Shown here in pieces: positions 38,446 to 50,531 of a stretch of DNA of 64,000 bases. Below the pieces are notes generated by a model. The model searched no databases. It saw nothing but the letters and a program-made list of their open reading frames with translations, and was not told the DNA's origin. Source of the DNA: Nitrospirota bacterium (lineage in GTDB: Bacteria > Nitrospirota > Thermodesulfovibrionia > Thermodesulfovibrionales > SM23-35); assembly GCA_049323875.1 (NCBI GenBank), contig JBMOLW010000050.1:9643-73642 (forward strand), given 5' to 3'. Both the position numbers and the translations under genes were made by a program. The stretch's first letter is position 1. Every line of letters begins with the position of its first letter.

Positions 38446-38990
38446 GCAGATATCGGGGCCTGCTGCCTGAGGCAACTGATTTCTTTCAGTTGTTCATTGG
38501 TGCTTTTCAGCCTCTCTCCGATAACCCAGGCGAGCCTCAACAATATCTTGCAGCCAAGCCGGGGGTCCCGGCTGATAAGGTCAAGCATCTCGGGTTTGAA
38601 AAAACAGAGAGTAACACAGGGCGTCTTTGCGACAGCAGTCGCACTTCTCTGCGCATCGTCCAGGAGCGACAACTCCCCGAAAAAATCTCCGCCGCACAGT
38701 TCGGCAAGGATATGGTTTTCCGGTCCACAGACAATCTGTATTTCCCCATCGAGAATGATATACATACCCAGGCCGATATCCCCCTCCCTGAAGATAATCT
38801 CTTTGCTCCTGTATTCTCTCTGATGCAGGATGCGCTTGATTTTTTTCAGCTCGCGACTGCTGAGGTCCTCGAAGACCGGTATCTTGAGGAGGACGGTGTC
38901 TATCTCATCGGATGTTTTCCTGCGGAGGCTGAAGATATTCTCCCAGATTTTATTCATATACCTCTTGTCCATCGAAATGGTTACCTCCAT
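38442..38990 (-). CDS. stand-alone cyclic-nucleotide-binding domain protein
   Basis: 182 aa with an intact cNMP cassette: FREGDIGLGMYIILDGEIQI and GDFFGELSLLDDAQRSATAVA. No HTH output domain. Confidence 0.85.
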   Translation of the reverse strand: MEVTISMDKRYMNKIWENIFSLRRKTSDEIDTVLLKIPVFEDLSSRELKKIKRILHQREYRSKEIIFREGDIGLGMYIILDGEIQIVCGPENHILAELCGGDFFGELSLLDDAQRSATAVAKTPCVTLCFFKPEMLDLISRDPRLGCKILLRLAWVIGERLKSTNEQLKEISCLRQQAPISA

Positions 38991-39114
38991 ACCAATTGTA
39001 CCTCAAATCGGGAAAAGCTGATAGTTCGGTTTCCTGTTTTTTTTCTTCTCAGGAAATTTTCTATCTAGTATAATAAATTTTTCAACAACTTTATCATCAG
39101 GAAGAGGAGGGAGC

Positions 39115-39765
39115 ATGAAATTCTTTATAGACACTGCCAATAGCGAAGAAATCCGGAAAGCACATGATCTCGGGGTAATAGACGGGGTTACAACAAATCC
39201 CTCGCTCATCGCAAAAGAAGGGAAAGACCCGGTATCCCTGCTTGCTGAAATCTGCAGCATTGTCAACGGCCCTGTGAGTGCCGAAGCTGTAAGTATGACT
39301 CCGGAAGAGATGGTTCAGGAGGCAGTTTCCCTCTCAGGGATACATGAAAATATTGTGGTAAAGATTCCCATGACCGCTGACGGGCTCAAGGCAGTCAAAA
39401 AATTGTCAGGGATGGGAATCAAAACAAATGTGACCCTTGTCTTCTCTCCAAGTCAGGCTCTGCTTGCAGCAAAGGCCGGCGCCACCTACGTGAGTCCTTT
39501 TGTGGGGAGGCTTGACGATATCAGTCATCCGGGGATGGACCTCGTCAGGGATATCCTCATGATATTCGAAAATTATCTGTATGAAACAGAGGTAATCGTG
39601 GCGAGCATCAGGAACCCCCTCCATGTCGTCGAAGCTGCAAAGATGGGTGCGCATATCGCAACAATCCCCTATTCTGTTATAATACAGCTGACACGGCATC
39701 CCCTCACTGACATCGGAATCGAGAAATTCCTGAAAGACTGGGAGAAGGTACCTAAAAAACAGTGA
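39115..39765 (+). CDS. tal: transaldolase / fructose-6-phosphate aldolase (short Tal/Fsa type)
   Basis: 216 aa with [21 protein letters not shown] and Schiff-base Lys context VVKIP. GGAGGGAG SD. Confidence 0.9.
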   Translation: MKFFIDTANSEEIRKAHDLGVIDGVTTNPSLIAKEGKDPVSLLAEICSIVNGPVSAEAVSMTPEEMVQEAVSLSGIHENIVVKIPMTADGLKAVKKLSGMGIKTNVTLVFSPSQALLAAKAGATYVSPFVGRLDDISHPGMDLVRDILMIFENYLYETEVIVASIRNPLHVVEAAKMGAHIATIPYSVIIQLTRHPLTDIGIEKFLKDWEKVPKKQ

Positions 39766-39911
39766 GCAGCGATGAGTTTTCAGGTCAAACCGTGCAGAGC
39801 TTTTTTGTTTATCAGGCAATGGTTTTTTTCTCCCCTATTTTGACCGGGAGATACAGGCCTGAAGGCATCCGGGATGAAGAGACCGGATCTTATGATTATG
39901 AGGAGTGATTA

Positions 39912-40130
39912 ATGCCGATTTTTGAGTATCAATGCTGTTCCTGCAACGAAGACTTTGAGAAACTCGTATTCGGCAACCAGGAAATTACCTGCCCGAAATG
40001 TAGTTCCAAGGAAGTGAAGAAGAAGTTCTCTGTATTCTGTGCTGCCGGGACAGAAAGACCTCTGGCCGGAACCGCGGCAGCAGCCTCCTGTGCATCCTGC
40101 AGCAAAACTTCCTGTGCATCCTGCAGGTAA
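39912..40130 (+). CDS. FmdB-family zinc-ribbon protein
   Basis: MPIFEYQCCSCNEDFE...CPKCSS gives two CxxC pairs. Cys-rich C-terminal tail. GAGGAG SD. Confidence 0.75.
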   Translation: MPIFEYQCCSCNEDFEKLVFGNQEITCPKCSSKEVKKKFSVFCAAGTERPLAGTAAAASCASCSKTSCASCR

Positions 40131-40138
40131 GCATCCGT

Positions 40139-40759
40139 TTATGCTTTCCGGTACCCTTCCAGTTCTTTCTTCAGGGTTTCTATCTCTTTTTTCAATTCTA
40201 TCATCCTCAGTTCCCTGCTAACCGCCATATGATAAAACTCTTCGAGATCCTGCACTCGCCGTTTCAGTTCCTTTTCCCTCATGAGCAATTCATCCTGCAT
40301 TTTTACATACCGTATCCTCGCAAGAAGTTCTTTTATGGAAAAAGGTTTCTTGATAAAATCCGAGGCTCCTGCATCAATAGCCCTGTCATAGGGAAAGTCT
40401 TCAATATGTCCTGTTATCACCACGATGGTCTTATTCGGTCTGATTGCCTTCACCTTTTTTGTCAGTTCAAGTCCGTTCATATCAGGCAGGACAACATCCA
40501 CTATCATGATGTCAAAAGAGTTTTTTTCAATATACTCAAGGGCGGTGGCAGCATTCCCCATTGTCGCACATGAGTAGCCGTAAAAAGAAAGTCCATTCTT
40601 TAATATGTCTCGTAACTGTTCGTCATCATCAACAATGAGTATTTTTTCTTGTGTTGGCTGGGCATCGGCACTTGTAGCATTCTGCATGCTGTTACCGGGT
40701 TCTTTCGACACGTTATTGGGGGGCTGCTTTTTCAGAGTATACTCCTCAGCTGCATTCAT
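40139..40759 (-). CDS. response regulator (REC) with a C-terminal coiled coil
   Basis: KILIVDDDEQL, IVDVVLPDMNG and DFIKKPF, followed by a heptad-like tail (KELKRRVQDLEE...IETLKKELE). The start Met is uncertain. Confidence 0.8.
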   Translation of the reverse strand: MNAAEEYTLKKQPPNNVSKEPGNSMQNATSADAQPTQEKILIVDDDEQLRDILKNGLSFYGYSCATMGNAATALEYIEKNSFDIMIVDVVLPDMNGLELTKKVKAIRPNKTIVVITGHIEDFPYDRAIDAGASDFIKKPFSIKELLARIRYVKMQDELLMREKELKRRVQDLEEFYHMAVSRELRMIELKKEIETLKKELEGYRKA

Positions 40760-40867
40760 CTCCCTATTCTAAGATACAAGGTTATCGGAGTGCAAGAACG
40801 TCTGAATCGTCGCCGGTACCGCAACAGGGTAAAATTCCGCGAACAGGCACTCCGGATGAGAGAGAAT

Positions 40868-41887
40868 TTATGCGCCATAGAATTTTGAGGGGCCTTTCTG
40901 TACCTTCCATTCGGCTTCTTCCAGAATTCTCATGCATTCTTTCACAGTCATGCCCCGTTTTCCCTCTGTTTCCTGTTCAGTATCACGGGGGTTGGACCCT
41001 GCCTCCGCCCATAAGAGATTTGCTCCTGCCGCAGCCCCGATAACATTCGGCTCGTGCGTGCAATTGCCCGGAATATCATATCCGAGCGCCAATCTCACCA
41101 CAGCAAGGATATGTGCCATCCTGGACTCACTCACAATGCCGTGCCCTGCCATTTTTGTATTCGGGATGGGTATCCGTCGTGCTGATCCACTGTAAACGGG
41201 TTTTGCATCTCGGGTAATAAGGGTTTTTTCCACCAGTTCCTCAATGCTGTGTTCATTCCCGACCGGCTCTACACACGTGCCCAGAGATAAGCCTGCTTCC
41301 CTTGCGTTCCTGAATGTTTTCAGTCTTGTTTCCACCGGGATAGAGGTATCTCTGCCTTCGCCTAGCCGAACCGCATGATAAATACCTGCAATACCTGCAT
41401 CCTTTAATCTGACCGCCTGTTTTTTTGTAAAATCACCGACATTGGCAACCAGCACTGTTTCCGGCCGAAGGGATTTTTTGATCTCAAAGGCAGTATCGGC
41501 AAACTTTTCAAATGGAAAATCTGCGGTACACATAATAAACACGGCATTTGCTCCGTCGTACTCGAACTGTCTTGCTTTCTCAACAGCTGTTTCGACCGGG
41601 ATTTCCCTTTTTTCCTGAAACACCCTGTTCCTGGCTGCAAAAGCACAGAATGCGCAATTCCTTGGACACGGTGCACTATTCAATCCTACCTGGGCATGAA
41701 CCTCTGCCATGCCGTCGCCCGCTTCTTCACTTTTCCTCCGGGATGCTGCAATGATCATTGCTGACTCTTCGGAAAAAAGAGGAACCCTGAATAAGGAGGC
41801 AATCTCTGTTTCCGTAAGGAGTTCTCCATCGAGTGATTTCCGGATGATTTTTCTTACCGTTGTGAGTGTTCTCGTCTGTGATTTCAA
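40868..41887 (-). CDS. radical SAM protein (BioB/ThiH-like fold)
   Basis: 339 aa with the cluster motif CPRNCAFCAF. Specific function not assignable. Confidence 0.7.
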   Translation of the reverse strand: MKSQTRTLTTVRKIIRKSLDGELLTETEIASLFRVPLFSEESAMIIAASRRKSEEAGDGMAEVHAQVGLNSAPCPRNCAFCAFAARNRVFQEKREIPVETAVEKARQFEYDGANAVFIMCTADFPFEKFADTAFEIKKSLRPETVLVANVGDFTKKQAVRLKDAGIAGIYHAVRLGEGRDTSIPVETRLKTFRNAREAGLSLGTCVEPVGNEHSIEELVEKTLITRDAKPVYSGSARRIPIPNTKMAGHGIVSESRMAHILAVVRLALGYDIPGNCTHEPNVIGAAAGANLLWAEAGSNPRDTEQETEGKRGMTVKECMRILEEAEWKVQKGPSKFYGA

Positions 41888-41900
41888 GAATACAGTTCCT

Positions 41901-44748
<2,848 letters not shown>

Positions 44749-44766
44749 TCATAAGCATCAAGCGGT

Positions 44767-45900
44767 TTATATCCGCATTGGCATAATTACGCTCTTGTAG
44801 TTATCATTACCTTCTTCCCTTACCAGCACCGGACTGAGCGGGTCCTGCAGTTCAAGAACGACTTTTTCTGATGTCATGGCTCCTAGAATATCGAGCATAT
44901 ACCGGGCATTGAACCCGAGAGAGACCTGCTCACCTTTATAGTCTATCGCCACTTCTTCCTTCGCTTCACCAATATCCGGGCTTGATGAAAAAACAGTAAG
45001 GAGCCCATTGTCAAGATCGAACCTGACCGCACTTGCTCGCTCCCTCGACATGACCGAAACTCTGCGGAGCACCCTGACAAACACCTCTTTTTGGATCGAC
45101 ATATGCTTCTCGTTTGCCTGGGGGATAACGTTTTCATAGTTCGGATATGAGCCTTCAATAAGTCTTGTCAGGAATTCTATATTCCCAATGCTGAACAGAA
45201 GATGCTTTTCACCCACAGAAATCCTGACCGGTTTTCTTTCTCCCCCGTCATCCTTGTCAGCAGGCAGGAACCGCCTCAACTCTGAAACACCCTTGCGGGG
45301 TATGATGATCCTTTTTTCTTCCTTTGCCTCTGCCTCAAGTTCCTGGGTAATAAAAGCCAGCCTGTGTCCATCCGTGCCCACTACGGTGAGCGCCTTATCG
45401 CCGGACTTGGTATGGAAAAGCAGTCCGTTCAGGGTATACCGGGTATCACTCTCGCCCGCGGCATAAATCGTTTTTTCTATCATTTCGAGGAGGGATGAAG
45501 CGTCTACCATCAGCTCTTCAATATTTCCCAGTACCGGCCAGGCAGGGAAATCGTCCGGAGGGAGACAGGCCAGTTTGAATCGACTCGCCCCCGAGGTAAC
45601 CTTGAGCCATCCCCCTGATGATGTTTCGTCTATCGATTCAAAAGACAGATCTCCGTCCGTTTCTCTTACAATCTCGAACAATTTCCTGGCCGGTATGCAG
45701 AGTCTTCCTTCTTGCTCAACTGCACCATCAAGCGGCTCTTTTATTGCGGTCTCTATATCCGTTGCTATAATATATGAACCTTTCTTGCCGGCGTTGAGAA
45801 GGAAGTGGCTCAGAATCGGCATGGTGTTTTTCTTCTCTATGATATTCTGGATATTGGCGAGTTTCTCCTGCATTTCGTCTTTTGATACCAGTAATTTCAT
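44767..45900 (-). CDS. dnaN: DNA polymerase III beta sliding clamp
   Basis: 377 aa, MKLLVSKDEM...MPMRI, with three-domain clamp length. Lies in a dnaA-dnaN-gyrB context. Confidence 0.95.
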   Translation of the reverse strand: MKLLVSKDEMQEKLANIQNIIEKKNTMPILSHFLLNAGKKGSYIIATDIETAIKEPLDGAVEQEGRLCIPARKLFEIVRETDGDLSFESIDETSSGGWLKVTSGASRFKLACLPPDDFPAWPVLGNIEELMVDASSLLEMIEKTIYAAGESDTRYTLNGLLFHTKSGDKALTVVGTDGHRLAFITQELEAEAKEEKRIIIPRKGVSELRRFLPADKDDGGERKPVRISVGEKHLLFSIGNIEFLTRLIEGSYPNYENVIPQANEKHMSIQKEVFVRVLRRVSVMSRERASAVRFDLDNGLLTVFSSSPDIGEAKEEVAIDYKGEQVSLGFNARYMLDILGAMTSEKVVLELQDPLSPVLVREEGNDNYKSVIMPMRI

Positions 45901-45930
45901 ACTTCCTCCTCTAAGGTCCTTTTTTGCTCT

Positions 45931-47262
45931 TTACCCCTGTAATTTCCGTATCAGATTTTCGATCAGTCTGTTAAAATCTTCGTCCTTCATTCTTTTGTCT
46001 TCGATCTGTTTACAGGCATAGATGACTGTTGCATGGTCTTTTCCGCCAAAGTTCTTCCCGATATCACTGAGGGATAAGCTTGTCAGTTGCTTGCTTAAAT
46101 ACATGGCAATCTGCCTTGGCAAGGCAACTTCCTTCGTCCTCTTCCGTGCCTTCATATCAGCCAATTTCAGGGCAAAATGGTCAGAGACAATCTTTTGTAC
46201 CTGATCGGTGGTAACCGGTTTTTGATCTTCGTCGATAAGATCGTGCAGGATATCTTTTGCCATCGTGACCGAGATATTCGACCCTGTGAGAGATGCCTGG
46301 GCCCCGAGCCTGATAAGGCACCCCTCCAGTTCGCGGATATTCGATCTCACCCTGGATGCGAGATAATATGCAACTTCTTCCGGGATACCAATCTTCTCAT
46401 GTTCGGCCTTTTTCAGCAGTATCGCCACTTTTGTCTCCAGTTCCGGCGGCTGTATATCTGCAATAAGCCCCATACTAAACCGTGACCGGAGTCTGTCCGT
46501 TACTGCGCCTATTTCTTTTGGCGGCCTGTCGCTCGAAATAACGATCTGTTTTTGTCTCTCATAAATCGCGTTGAACGTATGAAAGAATTCTTCCTGCGTC
46601 TGTGTCTTGTTCGCAATAAAATGAATATCGTCAAGGAGCAGGAGATCCACGTTCCGATATTTATTTTTCAATTCCCCCATCTTCTCGTGCCGAATTGCTG
46701 ACACAACCTCGTTCGTGAACTGTTCTGCGGAAACGTAAATTACTGATACGTCCGGTCTCTTGTCAATCACCGCATTGCCTATCGCCGTGATCAGGTGCGT
46801 CTTTCCGAGGCCGACTCCTCCGTAGACAAAGAAAGGATTATACGCCTTCCCGGGAGCCTCTGCGACTGCGTTTGCCGCTGCGTGGGCAAACTGGTTGCTC
46901 GGCCCTATAACGAAATTCTCGAAGGTATATTTCGGGTTCAGATGAATACCCCTGCTCGCAAGTTTCTGCCGTCTGTTCTCGAGACGCATATCCATTTTCT
47001 TGACGTCAGGGTCTATTTTCTCTGCGACTTTATACCGAACGGTCACAGGATATCCTATAATCCGCCCGATCGTTTCGTTCACGATATCCGGGTAATTGTC
47101 ATCTATCCAGTCTTTGAAAAACCTGTTCGGTATCTCCAGGGTAATCATGCGTTCTTTTACCATAGTGAGTTTGATCGGCCTGAACCAGAGGTCAGTAATG
47201 TTGTTTCCAACTCTCTCTTCGATTTGAGAGATACCGCTATGCCATATTTCGTCAAGTGTCAT
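45931..47262 (-). CDS. dnaA: chromosomal replication initiator DnaA
   Basis: 443 aa with Walker A GGVGLGKTHL, LLLDDIHF, sensor motifs, and a C-terminal DNA-binding region (LPRQIAMYLSKQLT, KDHATVIYACKQI). Confidence 0.97.
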   Translation of the reverse strand: MTLDEIWHSGISQIEERVGNNITDLWFRPIKLTMVKERMITLEIPNRFFKDWIDDNYPDIVNETIGRIIGYPVTVRYKVAEKIDPDVKKMDMRLENRRQKLASRGIHLNPKYTFENFVIGPSNQFAHAAANAVAEAPGKAYNPFFVYGGVGLGKTHLITAIGNAVIDKRPDVSVIYVSAEQFTNEVVSAIRHEKMGELKNKYRNVDLLLLDDIHFIANKTQTQEEFFHTFNAIYERQKQIVISSDRPPKEIGAVTDRLRSRFSMGLIADIQPPELETKVAILLKKAEHEKIGIPEEVAYYLASRVRSNIRELEGCLIRLGAQASLTGSNISVTMAKDILHDLIDEDQKPVTTDQVQKIVSDHFALKLADMKARKRTKEVALPRQIAMYLSKQLTSLSLSDIGKNFGGKDHATVIYACKQIEDKRMKDEDFNRLIENLIRKLQG

Positions 47263-47576
47263 TGTTTGATAAGTACATTAACAACTTATTAACATATGTT
47301 AATAACTTCTTCTGGGAGGTATACCATTATATCCCAATACTACGGGGTAAGACAAGAAAATATGTTATCAGCCTGTTGAATATTCCGCGGCCTGCTCTCC
47401 GAAATAACCCTGGTGAAAAAACTATCCATTTTCCCCCGTGTTTTTCCACACCGCAACTGTCTGACAGGGTAAGGGAAAAACATGGTTCTCCACATCTGCA
47501 CATCCCCTACTAACTTCTACTACTCTTTATTAATAAATATTTATAGTAGAAGGAAAGGCCCGGATATCTTAATATC
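47263..47576. other. candidate oriC / dnaA control region
   Basis: 314-bp non-coding gap between dnaA and prfB. Two 8/9 DnaA-box matches in the same orientation, TTTTCCACA (47442..47450) and TTCTCCACA (47486..47494). A 20-nt pure A/T stretch at 47526..47545. A 20-bp perfect palindrome at 47286..47305. Confidence 0.5.
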
Positions 47577-48675
47577 TTATTTTTTCCTGAGATATGATTT
47601 GATAAAAATATCTATCTCTCCTTCAAGCACAGCATCTACATTACCGGTTTCAATATCTGTCCTGTGGTCTTTGACTATCCGGTAAGGCTGTAAAATATAG
47701 GACCGTATCTGGCTGCCCCACGTAATACCTTTTTTGTCTCCGATAAAATCTTCCATCTTTTTTTGCTGTTCCTTCATCTTAAGATCATAGAGACGCGCCT
47801 TGAGGATCTTCATCGCAATAACCCTGTTTTTATGTTGGGAACGCTCATTCTGACAACTGACTGCAATTCCTGTGGGAATATGGGTAAGTCTTACTGCGGA
47901 GGAAGTCTTGTTCACGTGTTGTCCTCCGGCACCGGACGCCCTGAAGGTATCGACTTTGATATCGTCGTCTTTTAATTCGACTTCTATGTCTTCCTCAACT
48001 TCAGGATAGACAAGCAGGGCAGCAAACGAAGTGTGTCTCCTTTTGTTGGCATCATAGGGAGAAATTCTGACCAGTCTGTGTACTCCGGCCTCTGATTTCA
48101 GATATCCGTAGGCATAGGGACCTGAAACCATCAGGGTAGCGTTCTTGATGCCTGCCTCTTCCCCTGGCTGCAACTCAACAATCTGTGCAACATACTTGTG
48201 TTTTTCAGCCCATTTCAGGTACATCCTCATAAGCATTTGCGCCCAGTCCTGACTTTCCGTGCCGCCTGCTCCGGGGTGAATGGTAACGATAGCATTATTT
48301 TTATCCATCTCGCCTGACAGGAGGTTCTGGATTTCAAGGGTTTCAAGGTCTTCTCTGAGCTCTTTGATCGCGGTTTGCAGATCTCCCAGGAAGAGATCCC
48401 CGCTCTCCTCATCGAGAATCCCGATAGATTCCTCCAGATAGGATAGTTTTTCAGAGAGCGTGTCAAACTGTCCTATGCTCTCCGAAAGCCTTGCCTTTTT
48501 CTTGAGAAAATTCTTGGTGAGTTCAGGAGCTGACCAGACAGTTTCCCGAGTAAGTTCTCGGTCGATATTTTTTATTTCTTCCCGCAGACGGCCTACATCA
48601 AAGATAACCTCTTAAAGCCTCTATTTTATCCCTCAGGGCATACAACTCATCTTTCAGTTCATTCTGCAAAAGCAT
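47577..48675 (-). CDS. prfB: peptide chain release factor 2, requiring a programmed +1 frameshift (join 48675..48601, 48599..47577)
   Basis: Frame 0 reads AGGAGG-N5-[28 protein letters not shown] then TGA (48600..48598). Skipping T48600 continues as [15 protein letters not shown]... into ORF 47577..48308, which has GGQ ([11 protein letters not shown]). Total is 365 aa. The site AGAGGT TAT CTT TGA T mirrors the E. coli AGGGGG TAT CTT TGA C site. Confidence 0.92.
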
Positions 48676-48684
48676 GGCATCCTC

Positions 48685-50235
48685 CTAACTTGTTCTCGCT
48701 CTGCTGAAGATATTTGTCAGCAAAACTATCGAAAAGACAATCAGTATATAGAGAAAAAGATCCCCATATTTCGAATAAAAAGTTCTGGTGCCGTCAGTAC
48801 GAACCTCGGTCACCAGAAGCGTCTCCTCAAAGAGGCCGGTCCTCGCCAGGATCCTGCCGTTACTATCAATATGACCGGATATACCGGTATTGGCAGCCCG
48901 AATCAGAGGTTTGCGGTTTTCAACCGCCCGGAAAACCGCTATGCTGAAGTGCTGATAGGGTCCGGTTGTCTTTCCGAACCACGCATCGTTTGTAAGATTC
49001 ACCATAAAATCTCCGCCATCGGTATAGAATTTCCTTACAAGCCCCGGGAATATTATTTCATAGCAGATCAGGGTGGCAAAATCGCCAAAGGGGGTCTCAG
49101 CCCTGAGATACCGGTCACCACGCACATAGTCGCCAACACCCACAACGAGCTTATCGATGAAGAAAAGGATAGAACGCAGGGGAACATATTCTCCAAAAGG
49201 TACAAGGTGTATTTTATCATAGGTATAAACCACCTTGCCAGTGTTGTCCAGCAATACCGCACTGTTGGAAAGAGCGTTTTGCCCGTTGATCCGTTCTTTC
49301 TGGAGAATGCTCCCGAAAAGGAGGTGAGCATTAAGCTGGCTCTGGAAGGAGACGAGTTCACGGGTGTAAGGTCGATCGGCATGAAACGAGAACGGAAGTG
49401 CGGTTTCAGGCCATACGATTAATGACGGCGATGCAGAGGCAGCCTTGAGAGAAAGGTCTTTGTATCTTTCCAGAACAGCTTCCTGATAGGAAACATCCCA
49501 TTTTTTGTCCTGTTCAATATTTCCCTGGATAATGCCGACCCTGAACAGTTCACCCGGTCGTTGCTCAGTGAGGCGCATATTTCCATAGAATCCGGTTATC
49601 ACAAGAACGGAGAACAATGCAGCAAAACCGATAACCGTGTGGGAAAGAGGAAAAAGCGGCATCTCCCTGGTGCGCCGTTTCAAGAGGAAAATATCGGCGA
49701 GCGCACCGTTGACGGATACAACAAGAAAAGAGACTCCGTAGACGCCCGTTATGTCTGCAATCTGAATAAGGGGAAGGAATCTATACTGCGAGTGCCCTAT
49801 GCTCGACCAGGGGAAGCCAGTAAAGATATATGAACGAAGAAACTCCAGGACTACCCAGAAAACGGGTGCGATGAGGAGAGCCGGGAGTTTTGTATTTCTG
49901 ATGGTAGAAGAAAAAAGGACTGCAAAAAGACCGGTGTAGAGACTGAGAAAGGCACAGAGCAGGATAACGATAAGAATGCTTACCGCAAACGGTACCCCGC
50001 CGTAGTAATGCACCGAGTGATAGATCCAGTAGAGTGTTCCGAAAAAATAGACGATACCAAGACCCAACCCGGCAATGAAAGCCTGCCGGGTTTTTTTCCT
50101 GTAGAGGGAAAGAAGAAAGGGCACCAGGGCAATCCATGCAAGAAAGAAGAGGTCAGCGGAAGGAAAGCAGAACACAAGCGCAAGGCCTGAAAAGAGTGCG
50201 GGACCATACTGTATGACAGAGTTTTTGATGTTCAT
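48685..50235 (-). CDS. lnt: apolipoprotein N-acyltransferase
   Basis: 516 aa with an N-terminal multi-TM region and a C-terminal CN-hydrolase domain (LIVWPE, ATLICYEIIFPG). Its stop lies within the prfB SD. Confidence 0.9.
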   Translation of the reverse strand: MNIKNSVIQYGPALFSGLALVFCFPSADLFFLAWIALVPFLLSLYRKKTRQAFIAGLGLGIVYFFGTLYWIYHSVHYYGGVPFAVSILIVILLCAFLSLYTGLFAVLFSSTIRNTKLPALLIAPVFWVVLEFLRSYIFTGFPWSSIGHSQYRFLPLIQIADITGVYGVSFLVVSVNGALADIFLLKRRTREMPLFPLSHTVIGFAALFSVLVITGFYGNMRLTEQRPGELFRVGIIQGNIEQDKKWDVSYQEAVLERYKDLSLKAASASPSLIVWPETALPFSFHADRPYTRELVSFQSQLNAHLLFGSILQKERINGQNALSNSAVLLDNTGKVVYTYDKIHLVPFGEYVPLRSILFFIDKLVVGVGDYVRGDRYLRAETPFGDFATLICYEIIFPGLVRKFYTDGGDFMVNLTNDAWFGKTTGPYQHFSIAVFRAVENRKPLIRAANTGISGHIDSNGRILARTGLFEETLLVTEVRTDGTRTFYSKYGDLFLYILIVFSIVLLTNIFSRARTS

Positions 50236-50352
50236 TGCTTTTCCGGCAACCCCGGTTCTTTCCTGAAAAAATGTTTCAGGATATGTATTTTACCTGAAGA
50301 AAGACCGGTTGTGCTGAAATAAAGGGGTCCCCTGACAAGGCAGTTCCTTAAC

Positions 50353-50382
50353 TTGACAGGGGAAAAGTCAAAAGTGTACAGT
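50353..50382 (+). promoter_or_regulatory. candidate promoter of tRNA-Phe
   Basis: TTGACA (50353..50358), 18 nt, TACAGT (50377..50382), ending 9 nt before the mature tRNA 5' end. The -35 sits in the right arm of a 10/11 inverted repeat, CCCCTGACAAG (50329..50339) / CTTGACAGGGG (50352..50362). Confidence 0.35.
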
Positions 50383-50391
50383 TAAATTCAC

Positions 50392-50467
50392 GGGCAGTTA
50401 GCTCAGTCGGTAGAGCAGAGGCCTGAAAAGCCTCGTGTCCGCAGTTCGATTCTGCGACTGCCCACCA
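50392..50467 (+). tRNA. tRNA-Phe: tRNA-Phe (anticodon GAA), CCA encoded
   Basis: Manual cloverleaf: acceptor GGGCAGT/ACTGCCC, D arm GCTC-AGTCGGTA-GAGC, anticodon arm GAGGC-CTGAAAA-GCCTC, variable GTGTC, T arm CGCAG-TTCGATT-CTGCG, discriminator A, CCA. Confidence 0.95.
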
Positions 50468-50493
50468 TTCCTTTACCGCCAAAAACAATTTTC

Positions 50494-50523
50494 TTGACAA
50501 AAGAAGCTGTTTTGGGCTAAAAA
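50494..50523 (+). promoter_or_regulatory. candidate promoter abutting the mltD-like start codon
   Basis: TTGACA (50494..50499), 18 nt, TAAAAA (50518..50523). The ATG at 50532 lies 8 nt downstream, with no SD. Confidence 0.4.
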
Positions 50524-50531
50524 TTCATGGT

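Noticed and set aside
37306-38823. Plus-strand ORFs 37306..37944 (212 aa) and 38008..38823 (271 aa) opposite the AI-2E transporter and cNMP-binding genes
   Set aside because: Both are codon-aligned antisense shadows (offsets of 96 and 606 nt from the transporter stop). The minus-strand products have clear family signatures, while the plus-strand translations are low-complexity with no motifs.
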